In this document: one piece after another, positions 48,219-57,958 of the stretch | How the letters are laid out: each line of letters opens with the position of its first letter | Numbering within the stretch: the first letter of the stretch is position 1 | The notes under the pieces: generated by a model | What the model was told of the DNA's origin: nothing | Database searches by the model: none | Seen by the model: only the letters and a program-made list of their open reading frames with translations | Source: an uncultured virus (IMG/VR IMGVR_UViG_3300008113_000068) | Lineage: Duplodnaviria > Heunggongvirae > Uroviricota > Caudoviricetes | DNA: 64,000 nucleotides | Strand: one strand, 5' to 3' | IMG/VR virus record: IMGVR_UViG_3300008113_000068 | Position numbers and translations under genes: made by a program

Positions 48219-51200
48219 AATTTACCTCCTCTTTTTAAATAAAAACTTCTCATCGCTGAAATAGCTAATTTATGTCTGCTTGGTTCTGCGATTTTTGCTG
48301 AATTTGAATTGAAAACAATGTATGCTTTCGTTTTGTATGCGTCAGAGTTTGCATCTACTGATGGATTATCTTCATAATATACAATTCCATCACAAACGTT
48401 CTTATCTTTCAGCACTTGCAACATTTCAGGGCTATTTCGTAAATACATCCACGCTTTGAATTTTCTATTTGGGTCGGTTAACGCTTTATTGATTTTAAGT
48501 TCATCAGCATCAAGACCTGTCTGTAAATACATCCAATCAATAAAATCATCTGGTGAAACATCATTAATTTCAAAATATGTTAAATCCAATGGTGTTCTAA
48601 TATTCAAGAAGAATGGATATACGTAACCTTGTGTTCCTTGTTCTTGACCTTTCATTTCCGCAAACCAATTTGAGTATGCTTCATTTTCTGCAAAGTACAT
48701 AGCGGGAAATCTATCAAATTTAAAGAATGAGAATTCTGCTCCCGTTCCATGATACACAACTAATGGCTCGTAATTTTTACTTACAACGACCGAACATGGA
48801 ACATTTTCGTATGATGAATTTCTGTAATTGTATGCTAACGTAAAGTTACCAAACCAATTTTGAAATTCTTCAGTCATTGTCCAATCATAAATATTTTTCG
48901 GCAATGCAGTTGGTTGTCCATCAGGTGCAAATCCATCATTGTAAGGTTTTAAATCATACCTTGCTTGTGGTTTAACTGATGATGCACTGAATAACTCGTC
49001 TAATAAATTAAATTCGCCTTCATTTTTCTTTTTCAATTCTAAATCAAGTACATCAAGTTTGTCTTTCAATTCTTTCGCTTGCGTTTTTAACGAAAGCATA
49101 TTTTCTGAATCTGTTCCTGGTGTATTTTCAATCAAGAAAACAATATCATTATATTCATCATGAATTAATTCTCTTTCTGTTTTTACTTCAGAAATGTCTT
49201 TATGAGATGATTTTGTTTTTTGTTCATTTGCAACTTCTTGAACAACTTCTTTACTAGGTGTTTCTATTACTTCGAAAATATCTTTGAAGAATATCTCTTT
49301 GTTTTTTCTTTGTGAAAAGTGACCTTTATCAGTTGAGTGAAATATACTAAAATCATCATCAAGGAATAAAAATGGTTTGTCGATATATTGTACAATATTT
49401 TTGCCATTCCAGTTAAACCCTAATGTTAAAATTAATTCTTGAAAAGCTTTTGATTGTTCTTCTGATAACAAATTAATTTTTGTATCAAATAATTCACTTG
49501 GAGTTATTTCACGTTTAAGTTTAAACGTTTGTTTACCCGTTGTTCCTTTCAATTGAAATAAATCATCGAAGAATAATTCTTTACTTGGCCTATTTTCGTA
49601 AAAATCTTTAGCAGGAGGAGTATCTTTATCAAAACCAAGTATTTGTTCGCCGGCACCAAATTCATCATCTACATACAAATATTTTCCATTTGTATTTTGG
49701 ATTGTTTTAATACCACGTCCCCAAGTAATTCCTAATTCAATTGCTATTTTTTGAAAAGCTGCTGATTGCTCAGGAGTATCTACAATTATTTTAGTATTGT
49801 ATAAATCAGGCGCAAATATAGATTTTTTAAGTTCGTAAATATCTGCTGGTGGTTGAACTGATGTTGCAGGTGTTACAGCCGAACCTAATGGTGCATTTCC
49901 TCTATAATTTTCAATGAATTTATCGCGTGGTGAATCTTTTCTTTTACCACCTTCAGTTAAATCGTTAAAAATTACCCATTTATCTGTAATGTTCGTAATT
50001 TGAATATCAATCCTACCTTTTCGCGTTTGCAATTGACCTTTATCACCAATCTTTGCTTCACCTCCGTAAGTAGTTATTAAACCACCACCTGCGTATTCAT
50101 CTTCATCTAAACGATAGAAGTCAAGTTCATCAGCATCGTAAGTTTTTTCAGTTCCATCAACAAATTTCAAATGGAATTTACGACCATAATCTTTTACAAT
50201 TACACCCATTTTGTTTTCAGAAACAACTCTTGCACTATCACCAATTTTAGCTTTTTGCCATTCGACATTACCACCACCTTTAAGTTTTTTAGGTGCATAT
50301 ATTCTAGAATTATCAGTATTACAATTGTGACAAACATATTTATCAAATTCCTCTGACTTGTTTGTGTTCCAATTCCAATCACATTTTATGCATGTGATTT
50401 CTTGACCTATTTTTCCTCCTGTTTCCATTTTTAAATGGCGTTTTATGGCATTTTTAAATTTGGAATAATCTGAATATTCCGTTATCCTCATATTAAAACC
50501 TAAATTGCCATCTTCGCCTACTTTTGGATAAGTAGAAATTTGATAATTATTACCATTTTTTCTAGCAGAAGCGTATTTTGATAATCTAACTCTTTGATTA
50601 TTTTCAATTTCTTTCAAAACTAATTCAATTTTTCCGCCTTGCTCCATTTTAAGTTCGTCTTTATCAACCTTAGCTGCTTTTCCACCCATAACTGAGCTGT
50701 AAACTCTTGCCATTGCCCATTGTTCTTTTGAAGTGACATTAGGTCTTACACTAGATGGATTTGTTTTGTATGCACCAATTCCTTTATCGTAAATCTGTTG
50801 CAAACCTTTCATTGAAACGCCTGTATCTTTTGATACTTGTTCTAAGCTGTGCGATTGACCTTTTTTATACTTGTATTTGGTGTTGTATTTGTCTTTGTAC
50901 GTAACCACATTACCGCCTTCAGACATTTTACTATCTATATAATTTTTGTAGTATTCCTTTAACGCTTTTACAGTTTTGAAATTTTGTCCATTGAAAGAAT
51001 AACCAAGTCTATTCATCATAGTTCCTTTATATTCTACCCAATTTGTTGCTTTATCTGTTTCTTTTTTATATCTTAATTCGTTCTTGTCAAGATTAAAGAT
51101 GACTTTTTCATCAACTCCACCGCCTTCAGACATTTTAGATGCTTGTTTGTGTTTCCAACCTTTCTTAGCGATTTTCTCTTCAATCAGTTGTTTCATATAA

Positions 51201-51772
51201 GGCCATCCTTTTTCAACCTTATCACACCATTTCAACATCGCAACTACACCTTCAATTCTAAAATCATGAATATGTCTTGCAACGTATGAACGCCATTTGA
51301 TATACATCCATTTCTCTGAATCCAACCAATAACCGCGTTCTGAAACACGTTCTAAATTATTGAATGCTTCATTACCAAAAATGTTACCACCTAACTTCCA
51401 AATATCCGGATATGATTTTTTAATCTTTTTTGCGTAACTAACAATCCATTTGTTTGGAATATGATTAGGATTAAATTCTATGATGTTTCCACCATCTGAA
51501 TATTCATCTGGGTCTTCATCTGCACCTTCTGGTGGACCTATTGCAACTCCATTACCTGCTGATTGATTGATACGAGATAACTCTTTCCAGTATTTTTTTG
51601 ATGCTTCGCGATTAATAATAACTTCACCACCTTCTAACTCAACGGGTTTGTTACCTGCGTCTGTTACCACTGCTTTTATACCTCCTAATGGATTTCCTTG
51701 TTCATCGTAATGTCTTTTACCTACAAGCCATCCGCCTTTCTTACCATCATTAGTTTCGATTTTCTTTGCCAT
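48215..51772 (-). CDS. Polyvalent protein or polyprotein with xxGG junctions and a C-terminal ART-PolyVal-like ADP-ribosyltransferase domain
   Basis: FQNWFG, EPLVVYHGT, MYFA, YPFFLNIRTP, DGIVY and YIVFNS. Upstream are a Zn ribbon, SH3/KOW-like modules and repeat modules. Confidence 0.75.
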   Translation of the reverse strand: MAKKIETNDGKKGGWLVGKRHYDEQGNPLGGIKAVVTDAGNKPVELEGGEVIINREASKKYWKELSRINQSAGNGVAIGPPEGADEDPDEYSDGGNIIEFNPNHIPNKWIVSYAKKIKKSYPDIWKLGGNIFGNEAFNNLERVSERGYWLDSEKWMYIKWRSYVARHIHDFRIEGVVAMLKWCDKVEKGWPYMKQLIEEKIAKKGWKHKQASKMSEGGGVDEKVIFNLDKNELRYKKETDKATNWVEYKGTMMNRLGYSFNGQNFKTVKALKEYYKNYIDSKMSEGGNVVTYKDKYNTKYKYKKGQSHSLEQVSKDTGVSMKGLQQIYDKGIGAYKTNPSSVRPNVTSKEQWAMARVYSSVMGGKAAKVDKDELKMEQGGKIELVLKEIENNQRVRLSKYASARKNGNNYQISTYPKVGEDGNLGFNMRITEYSDYSKFKNAIKRHLKMETGGKIGQEITCIKCDWNWNTNKSEEFDKYVCHNCNTDNSRIYAPKKLKGGGNVEWQKAKIGDSARVVSENKMGVIVKDYGRKFHLKFVDGTEKTYDADELDFYRLDEDEYAGGGLITTYGGEAKIGDKGQLQTRKGRIDIQITNITDKWVIFNDLTEGGKRKDSPRDKFIENYRGNAPLGSAVTPATSVQPPADIYELKKSIFAPDLYNTKIIVDTPEQSAAFQKIAIELGITWGRGIKTIQNTNGKYLYVDDEFGAGEQILGFDKDTPPAKDFYENRPSKELFFDDLFQLKGTTGKQTFKLKREITPSELFDTKINLLSEEQSKAFQELILTLGFNWNGKNIVQYIDKPFLFLDDDFSIFHSTDKGHFSQRKNKEIFFKDIFEVIETPSKEVVQEVANEQKTKSSHKDISEVKTERELIHDEYNDIVFLIENTPGTDSENMLSLKTQAKELKDKLDVLDLELKKKNEGEFNLLDELFSASSVKPQARYDLKPYNDGFAPDGQPTALPKNIYDWTMTEEFQNWFGNFTLAYNYRNSSYENVPCSVVVSKNYEPLVVYHGTGAEFSFFKFDRFPAMYFAENEAYSNWFAEMKGQEQGTQGYVYPFFLNIRTPLDLTYFEINDVSPDDFIDWMYLQTGLDADELKINKALTDPNRKFKAWMYLRNSPEMLQVLKDKNVCDGIVYYEDNPSVDANSDAYKTKAYIVFNSNSAKIAEPSRHKLAISAMRSFYLKRGGKL

Positions 51773-51793
51773 TTACAAAACACTTTATGTTCA

Positions 51794-51801
51794 CAAATGT
51801 A
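51794..51801 (-). promoter_or_regulatory. Bacteroidota -7 promoter box TACATTTG (second box at 51845-51852)
   Basis: TAnnTTTG upstream of the polyvalent/AAA operon. Confidence 0.5.
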
Positions 51802-51952
51802 AGTAGAAAAATAATAGGATTTGATTTTTATTCGATATTTATACAAATATACAAGTGCGAGGTGTACAGAATAAATAATTATTTACGTAAGATGTCTTTG
51901 ATTTGAATTTATAATTTTGTATATGATTAATTATCATTAATTTAGGTTTATT

Positions 51953-52108
51953 ATGAAAACAGGAAATAGAGCACTAATCATAATCGGAGCACTTATTGGT
52001 GTTACGGGATTAGGTTATTTAGGTTATTGGCTTTACAAAAGAAGTCAAACAACATCTGGTAACCCAGATAAGGATAATCGTAAAATATTAATCACTAGAA
52101 ATAAATAG
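51953..52108 (+). CDS. 51-aa TM protein (not in ORF track)
   Basis: MKTGNRALIIIGALIGVTGLGYLGYWLYKR...; stops 1 nt before the SLT start. Confidence 0.65.
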   Translation: MKTGNRALIIIGALIGVTGLGYLGYWLYKRSQTTSGNPDKDNRKILITRNK

Positions 52109-52109
52109 T

Positions 52110-52817
52110 ATGGCAGTTTCGACATTATCCGTACCTCAAGCAAATTTAACTTCACCTTCATCATGGGGTAGCAGACAAAGTATTGCAAAAATGGTTGAAA
52201 AAATTGTTGCAGATTTTGGGCCTCATTTGAAAATGGCATCTCAAAATTCAAAAATTCCTGTTGAAGTCCTTGCTTCGTTTATTGCGGTTGAATCTGGTGG
52301 TAATCCAACTGCCGGTGGTGCAGGAAGCGTAACACAAGGTTTAATGCAATGGAATAGACAGTATGCAAAAAACTTCCTTGAAGCTGAAAAGAAAAAAGGT
52401 CGTATGACTCCCGAAGAAGAAGCTAAATTAAATTCATACGGAATCAAGTTTGATGCAAGTGGTAACACACGTACAATAACTCAAGCAGACCAAGTTAAAC
52501 CAGGTTTAAACATTCTAATTGGTTCAATTCTATTGGGTCAATATGCAGATAGTTTATACGATGGTGGTAAATTCACAGGTAAATGGGCAATTGATGATAA
52601 AGACCAATTGCGATTAGATAGAATTATCGCTGTTTACAATGGAGGCGCTTATGGTGATACGGGTAAGAAAGCGCGTACCGGTAATCACCCAACTGCTTTT
52701 GCATTAGCGAATGCTGTGAATACAGTTACACGAAGTTATATTGCGAAGATGTTAGGTGCAAATGGAGCGATGGATGTTGCTTCAAAAGAAGTTGCAGCAA
52801 AAATTAATTCATTGTAA
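52110..52817 (+). CDS. Lytic transglycosylase (SLT, GH23-like)
   Basis: IAVESGGNP, GLMQ, NILIG, AVYNGG and TRSYIAKM. Confidence 0.88.
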   Translation: MAVSTLSVPQANLTSPSSWGSRQSIAKMVEKIVADFGPHLKMASQNSKIPVEVLASFIAVESGGNPTAGGAGSVTQGLMQWNRQYAKNFLEAEKKKGRMTPEEEAKLNSYGIKFDASGNTRTITQADQVKPGLNILIGSILLGQYADSLYDGGKFTGKWAIDDKDQLRLDRIIAVYNGGAYGDTGKKARTGNHPTAFALANAVNTVTRSYIAKMLGANGAMDVASKEVAAKINSL

Positions 52818-52898
52818 CAAATTTTTTATATATTTGTTATGGTTATTCGATTATTGGGGAGTTTATAGCTTTACTTTCTCATTATTCATTCATTGTTT

Positions 52899-52928
52899 TA
52901 AGGGTAGGTTTTTAACTTACCCTTTTTT
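52899..52928 (+). terminator. Intrinsic terminator between convergent operons
   Basis: AAGGGTAGG...CTTACCCTT followed by a T-run. Confidence 0.65.
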
Positions 52929-52966
52929 CGTAACCTGATAAAATATAAACTTTCATGTTGTTGTGT

Positions 52967-53461
52967 TTATTGAAATATAATTATCGAACCTTTGAATGCC
53001 CATCTCTTTTCTGCTTTCTCGTACCAGATATCAGAATCATTTTTACGAAATGTATCTTTTACGCCTTTTGTTATGTTATCCGTATCTGGTTTAACTTCAC
53101 AAGGCATACCATTCATGCGTTCTTTCTTTTTCATCGACCAGGAATTAGGCATAGGTATCAAATACAAAGCATCTAACGTTTGACCTAATTCAAACTGCAT
53201 TTCCTTAGCTTGCCATATCAATAGATTCTTAAAGGCGTAATAATTCGTTACAACCTTTCTTTGACGCTTCATTGGGTCAATATGATTTGGATTTGTTTTC
53301 CATTTATCTGATTGCGATAAACGAGGTGCGCCCATTGGAATAACATCGAACAGATAAAAACGCCTTTTATGGTCAAGTACGTATCTTTCACATTCAACTT
53401 TTAATGGTTCACCATCGTTGAAGTGACATTGACCAAAACTATTTTTTATCCTTTCTTGCAT
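52967..53461 (-). CDS. rusA: RusA-like Holliday junction resolvase
   Basis: PMPNSWS.KKK and KPDTDNITKGVKD...NDS.I. Confidence 0.8.
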   Translation of the reverse strand: MQERIKNSFGQCHFNDGEPLKVECERYVLDHKRRFYLFDVIPMGAPRLSQSDKWKTNPNHIDPMKRQRKVVTNYYAFKNLLIWQAKEMQFELGQTLDALYLIPMPNSWSMKKKERMNGMPCEVKPDTDNITKGVKDTFRKNDSDIWYEKAEKRWAFKGSIIIFQ

Positions 53462-53574
53462 ACTTTATTTTTTTAAACTCAGTTTTAATAATTTCTGTAA
53501 TGCAATAAAAAGTAAATGCAATACCAACTATTAACATAACTGGAATAACCATAAAAATAGCATAGAAAATATTC

Positions 53575-54375
53575 TTAATTATTTGTTTCATTTTTAAATA
53601 AAAAGTCTGGTAATTTATTTTTTGGTTTGTATTCTGCGCGTTTTGCCACTTTAATCATTTTTCGAATATCGTAATAATTATCAATATCCTTTCTTGGATG
53701 GAATATATTATTAGGTAAAAGCAAAAATTCATCCAAACCCCATTCACCCATCCATACAATGCTTTTTAATTCAATTGCATCTATAACTTTTAACTTATTT
53801 TGTAAAGCGAGTGTGTTGAACATAACTTCAATGTAAAGAAGTGAATTATTTTTGTTTTTGTAATCTTGCACTAAATTTAACATTTTACGTGATAAGCCAC
53901 ACGCGCATACCATTGAATATGCATAAGGACCTTCGATTTTTGGATAAATATCACGCCAATGCCAATCCATCATTTTCCCATCATTTTTAAAATTGTTAGG
54001 TGTAACTAAATCGAAGTATGAATATTTCAAATGTAAATTTTGAATTACTTCAACTGATGGTATAAAGCAATCGTCTTCAAAAACCCATACAAAATCATAT
54101 TCTGATGCAAATTCACAAAAGAACAAAAGCATTTTATCCCAGGCTATTGGGTTTTTTTTGATATGTGTTGAAGTTGAATTAATGTTTGAATCTATATACC
54201 CCCATTTTTGACATTTTTCATCATCTATGTAAATAATTCCATCATTTACAACCTCATATTCTTGCTCATCATCGCAAATTACAAAAACATCAAAACCTGT
54301 ATCACGCACTTCTTTTGCAAACTTCAATGTATCATCCTGAGGTGTTGTGGTAAGAAATGCTACTGCTGTTTTCAT
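53575..54375 (-). CDS. Glycosyltransferase-like protein (GT-A)
   Basis: AWDK, YDFVWVFEDD and FHPRK. Confidence 0.6.
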   Translation of the reverse strand: MKTAVAFLTTTPQDDTLKFAKEVRDTGFDVFVICDDEQEYEVVNDGIIYIDDEKCQKWGYIDSNINSTSTHIKKNPIAWDKMLLFFCEFASEYDFVWVFEDDCFIPSVEVIQNLHLKYSYFDLVTPNNFKNDGKMMDWHWRDIYPKIEGPYAYSMVCACGLSRKMLNLVQDYKNKNNSLLYIEVMFNTLALQNKLKVIDAIELKSIVWMGEWGLDEFLLLPNNIFHPRKDIDNYYDIRKMIKVAKRAEYKPKNKLPDFLFKNETNN

Positions 54376-54512
54376 TTTACTATTTTATCTAATCGAACAA
54401 TAACTTGTAAATCACCAAATTGAACTTTAACGTGTTTTTTAGTTACTTCAAGTATAACACATTCAACAACTTTACAAAATATCTTGGCTTTTACTACATC
54501 TCCTTTTTTCAT
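54372..54512 (-). CDS. 46-aa KOW/SH3-like protein (not in ORF track)
   Basis: MKKGDVVKAK...; ATGA overlaps at both ends. Confidence 0.55.
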   Translation of the reverse strand: MKKGDVVKAKIFCKVVECVILEVTKKHVKVQFGDLQVIVRLDKIVK

Positions 54513-55354
54513 TCAAATTCTAATTTACCTGTGTTTGCTAAATTCGTTTTTTCTGTAAACGATTGTGTTTCTTTAATTTCAATTGGTTCTAATGCAACGT
54601 CTTTCATTGCAGTTGTTTTCTTAGGTCTAAATGCCATATCAACAGTTGTATCACCATCTTTAATCGCTTGACCTATTCCTATCAATACAACTAAATCATC
54701 TTGTGTGACATGTTCAATTGCAGCTTTACCTACAACCGTTAGAATTTCGCGTTCTGTTAATTCGTATGTTGAAGCAAAACCATCAAATACTTTTTTGCGT
54801 TTTGCCATCAATTTCGTATCATCTGAAAGGTCACCTGTAATTTTGTGTTTCGCTTCATTGTAAACCTTATCAACGATTGCGCGAGGAATTACATTCAAGA
54901 TAGCATTACGCATCGCAATAGAATTAGCTGCATTACCCGTTACGGTAATCATATCTTCATTCATGCGACCAGATTTAGTCATAATACTTCTTTTTACTTC
55001 AACTTTGATTGCAAGGTTGTTTTCTAAATCAAATGCAATTGCCTGTGATGTTAATGTTTTTTGGTCAATCGTAATAACTTTCGCTTCAATACGTAAGTTT
55101 CCCCAATTCTGCGCAAGTATTTTTGCTAAGTGAACTGTAGGTCCTGTAATGACTTTTCCCGCGCGTGGTAATGAATATGTGCATGTAGATGCAGTTTCAT
55201 AATCCATCGTTACGATAACTACTGAATTTTCTATTGCGCGTTTCAAATTACGCGGGTATGCTTTTGCTGTTGCTATTTGTGTATCAATTACTGCTTTGTC
55301 TTGGTTATAAATAACCGACATGTCTTGTACTTCTGTGATTGTAATATCTTCCAT
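54509..55354 (-). CDS. Putative single-strand annealing recombinase
   Basis: QIATAKAYPR, YSLPRAGKVITGP and ILAQNWGN; paired with the exonuclease. Confidence 0.55.
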   Translation of the reverse strand: MEDITITEVQDMSVIYNQDKAVIDTQIATAKAYPRNLKRAIENSVVIVTMDYETASTCTYSLPRAGKVITGPTVHLAKILAQNWGNLRIEAKVITIDQKTLTSQAIAFDLENNLAIKVEVKRSIMTKSGRMNEDMITVTGNAANSIAMRNAILNVIPRAIVDKVYNEAKHKITGDLSDDTKLMAKRKKVFDGFASTYELTEREILTVVGKAAIEHVTQDDLVVLIGIGQAIKDGDTTVDMAFRPKKTTAMKDVALEPIEIKETQSFTEKTNLANTGKLEFE

Positions 55355-56196
55355 TATAAAATTGTAATTAATTGTGAATCTTTTAGTGTATCAAAATATG
55401 TGTCTAAAGAACCTAAGGAATAGCATTCTTTGAGTAATTCAAATTCATTGTAACTAGGCCAATAATTATTGTCTTGACAGAATTTCAATAAATCTAATCC
55501 CATCCTGTATTGTTCGCGCCCGTAGTCATACATCTCATCATTCAATCCATACAATGCAACTTCGTATGGTGCAGTTTTTGAACATGCTGCAAAAATGTAA
55601 TTCTCGCGCCCAATGAAGTCACAGTAATAAGCAGCTGAAAGTGAATAGGAGTATGTGAATACATCTGATTTGAATTTTCTTGCAGAAGAATCAAGACAAC
55701 TTTTAATATCAACGATTGTACTTTTTGTTGAACTTAAAATATCTGGGCGTAATCTTATTTTTAAACCCGTTATCTCATCAATCGTATAACAAGACACCTC
55801 TCTGTGAGAATCCTTCATTAATTCCACAAGAGAATTGTTTTTCAAGGCGTTTTCAGATATCAACCTAATCATTTCCATTTCATCTTCATAAAGAATCGTT
55901 TTTCCTACTGAAGTTTCATTGAATTCTGCAATCTGCTGTTTTCCTTCTTTTGTTCTTGCATCAACTTTTGGATAAACCACATAATTCGTTTTAAACAATT
56001 GAGGTTCTAGAATTAATTCATGCAAACCAGAACCTATGTTAAAATGCCTACCTGTTGATTTTTCAACTTTTTCGTTTCTCTCGTAATAATAGTAGCGCGG
56101 TGATTTTAGAAAGTTTTTGATGTCTGACGCTGATACATGGTCTTTTTTGCCTAAGTATTCTTCAAACGTGTCTTTGACAAATTCAGGTTTAATCAT
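55354..56196 (-). CDS. RecE / exonuclease VIII-like PD-(D/E)xK nuclease
   Basis: SASDIK, GSGLH..ILEP, RLRPD, IVDIKS and AAYY. Confidence 0.85.
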   Translation of the reverse strand: MIKPEFVKDTFEEYLGKKDHVSASDIKNFLKSPRYYYYERNEKVEKSTGRHFNIGSGLHELILEPQLFKTNYVVYPKVDARTKEGKQQIAEFNETSVGKTILYEDEMEMIRLISENALKNNSLVELMKDSHREVSCYTIDEITGLKIRLRPDILSSTKSTIVDIKSCLDSSARKFKSDVFTYSYSLSAAYYCDFIGRENYIFAACSKTAPYEVALYGLNDEMYDYGREQYRMGLDLLKFCQDNNYWPSYNEFELLKECYSLGSLDTYFDTLKDSQLITIL

Positions 56197-56425
56197 GATT
56201 GTTTTTTTTAAAGATGATTCTATAAATACCGTAAATGTTAATTGCGATGATGATTAAACTCAAAGTCATGTGAGAAAGATTTTGAATATGAATATCATAA
56301 TACACCCATCCCACATCACCAATTAACCAAATAATCATTGCTAATTTCTTGAAGTCGATTGCATTGATAATATATCCACATAAAATCAAACTGGTTGACA
56401 ACCATCCTATGAACTCCATTACCAT
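56189..56425 (-). CDS. Small PnuC-like 3-TM membrane protein
   Basis: IGW....ILCGY, IWLIGD..W and NIYGIY. Confidence 0.55.
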   Translation of the reverse strand: MVMEFIGWLSTSLILCGYIINAIDFKKLAMIIWLIGDVGWVYYDIHIQNLSHMTLSLIIIAINIYGIYRIIFKKNNHD

Positions 56426-57000
56426 TTGATTAAGATTAAGCCAAAAGCAATAGAAATTACGCGTTGTGGTTTTGAAATTGGTTGTACTTCTTTGATAACT
56501 TCTTGTTGAACTTTAACTTGTACTTCTTCTTGTGCATCGGATTTTTGTTCTTTTGCATCGGATACCTCTGACTCTATTTGTATGCAATTTACTTCTGATG
56601 ATGGCATTTTAATAACTTTCCATTCTTCTTCTGAAATTTCAGTTTGTTCAAATATACCTTGCTGTTGTTGCAGTTCAAGTTTCTGTTGTTTAATTTTCAA
56701 TTGATGTTTTGCGTTACCTTCCTTATTTATTTTGATAATTTCATCCATCAATTTTTTAGCCATGTAGATATTTGGTTGTATCGTATTCCACGTGTATGAA
56801 TAAGTTGATTTACCTCTACCTAAACCAAGAACTTTTGTGCGTTCAAGAACTTTATGCCTAACTAATATTGGGAATACAACTGTTGTGACATTGTGGCTTT
56901 TACAAAATTCCTTATACCCATGCATTTTTAATCCATTGTTGGTTTTTGTATAAACATCCCACAATATGGTCATGAATCTTTCTTCTGAATACCTTTTCAT
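56419..57000 (-). CDS. Hypothetical protein
   Basis: ORF within the operon. Confidence 0.65.
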   Translation of the reverse strand: MKRYSEERFMTILWDVYTKTNNGLKMHGYKEFCKSHNVTTVVFPILVRHKVLERTKVLGLGRGKSTYSYTWNTIQPNIYMAKKLMDEIIKINKEGNAKHQLKIKQQKLELQQQQGIFEQTEISEEEWKVIKMPSSEVNCIQIESEVSDAKEQKSDAQEEVQVKVQQEVIKEVQPISKPQRVISIAFGLILIKW

Positions 57001-57036
57001 TCTTATTTGTTTTTATGGTTATTTGATAATTTAATA

Positions 57037-57663
57037 TTAAAAGAAAACACCGTTTGAAAGAACTTTATATGTGTTCTGACCTACTTTTTTGAACAAACCC
57101 ACTTTAACTAAATAGTTAATTGTTTTTTTGTGATAGCTTGGTTTGTACATAATATCTTGCTGAATCTTGTCTGCACCAAATTTTAAATCAATGAATCTTT
57201 TGCATACTTCATTCATATCAATTGGTTTCAAAGGGTAATCTTTCTTTTCATCAATAATTTCTACTTCTGCCAAATGATAGATTTTTAAAGCTTCGTTAAA
57301 AAAGAAATGTTGTTTTTTAGTCAAGCTATACTCTTTACCGTTAATCATCATGACTGTATTTTCTTTCTTGTTTTTCGTGAACTTCTCTTTTTTGTACGTT
57401 CCTTTTAAAACTTCTTTGTGTTCAACAATCTGTCCAACTTCAACCCATGTTTCATCAACTAATTTTTCGTTTGAGTTTTTGTCATTGAAATCTTTAACAA
57501 TCTGTTTTTTCTCTTTAACCCAAGGAAGGTCTTCATCAGAATCATTTTCATCCATACTAACTACATCGTAAATAGGTAATGGTTGTTCTTTTGATTCTGG
57601 TTTTGATTTTTTAGTGAACAAAGATTTAATCCATGTTGCAACTGTGTAAAGCACTCTTTTCAT
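57037..57663 (-). CDS. Hypothetical protein (possible C-terminal winged helix)
   Basis: INYLVKVGLFKKVGQNTYKV. Confidence 0.6.
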   Translation of the reverse strand: MKRVLYTVATWIKSLFTKKSKPESKEQPLPIYDVVSMDENDSDEDLPWVKEKKQIVKDFNDKNSNEKLVDETWVEVGQIVEHKEVLKGTYKKEKFTKNKKENTVMMINGKEYSLTKKQHFFFNEALKIYHLAEVEIIDEKKDYPLKPIDMNEVCKRFIDLKFGADKIQQDIMYKPSYHKKTINYLVKVGLFKKVGQNTYKVLSNGVFF

Positions 57664-57673
57664 TTATGTTTGT

Positions 57674-57958
57674 TTATTGGTTACTGATTGAATTATCTTC
57701 CTCTACTTCAGTGTAGGAAGCATTAAAGATATCTGGTTTACATGGATAATACTCATCATATATACCGCGTATTACAAAATCACCATGGCGCACAATGTGT
57801 TCACCTTCTAAGGTACTTATAATAATTATGTTTTCTGATTCAATAATTTTGTGTGGGAAGTCACCAATAAACTTGCTAACTTGTTGAACGTTTTCAGTTA
57901 AATATTGAATTGCTTCAATTTCAATAGGCTTTTTAATGTACTTTTTAACTTTGTTCAT
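57674..57958 (-). CDS. Conserved phage protein (YxKKP...TLEG...YPCKPDIF family)
   Basis: Motifs as named. Confidence 0.8.
   Translation of the reverse strand: MNKVKKYIKKPIEIEAIQYLTENVQQVSKFIGDFPHKIIESENIIIISTLEGEHIVRHGDFVIRGIYDEYYPCKPDIFNASYTEVEEDNSISNQ

Noticed and set aside
51953..52817. Read-through fusion of the TM microprotein to the SLT
   Set aside because: The SLT ATG is in the +1 frame relative to the TAG and I see no slippery site.
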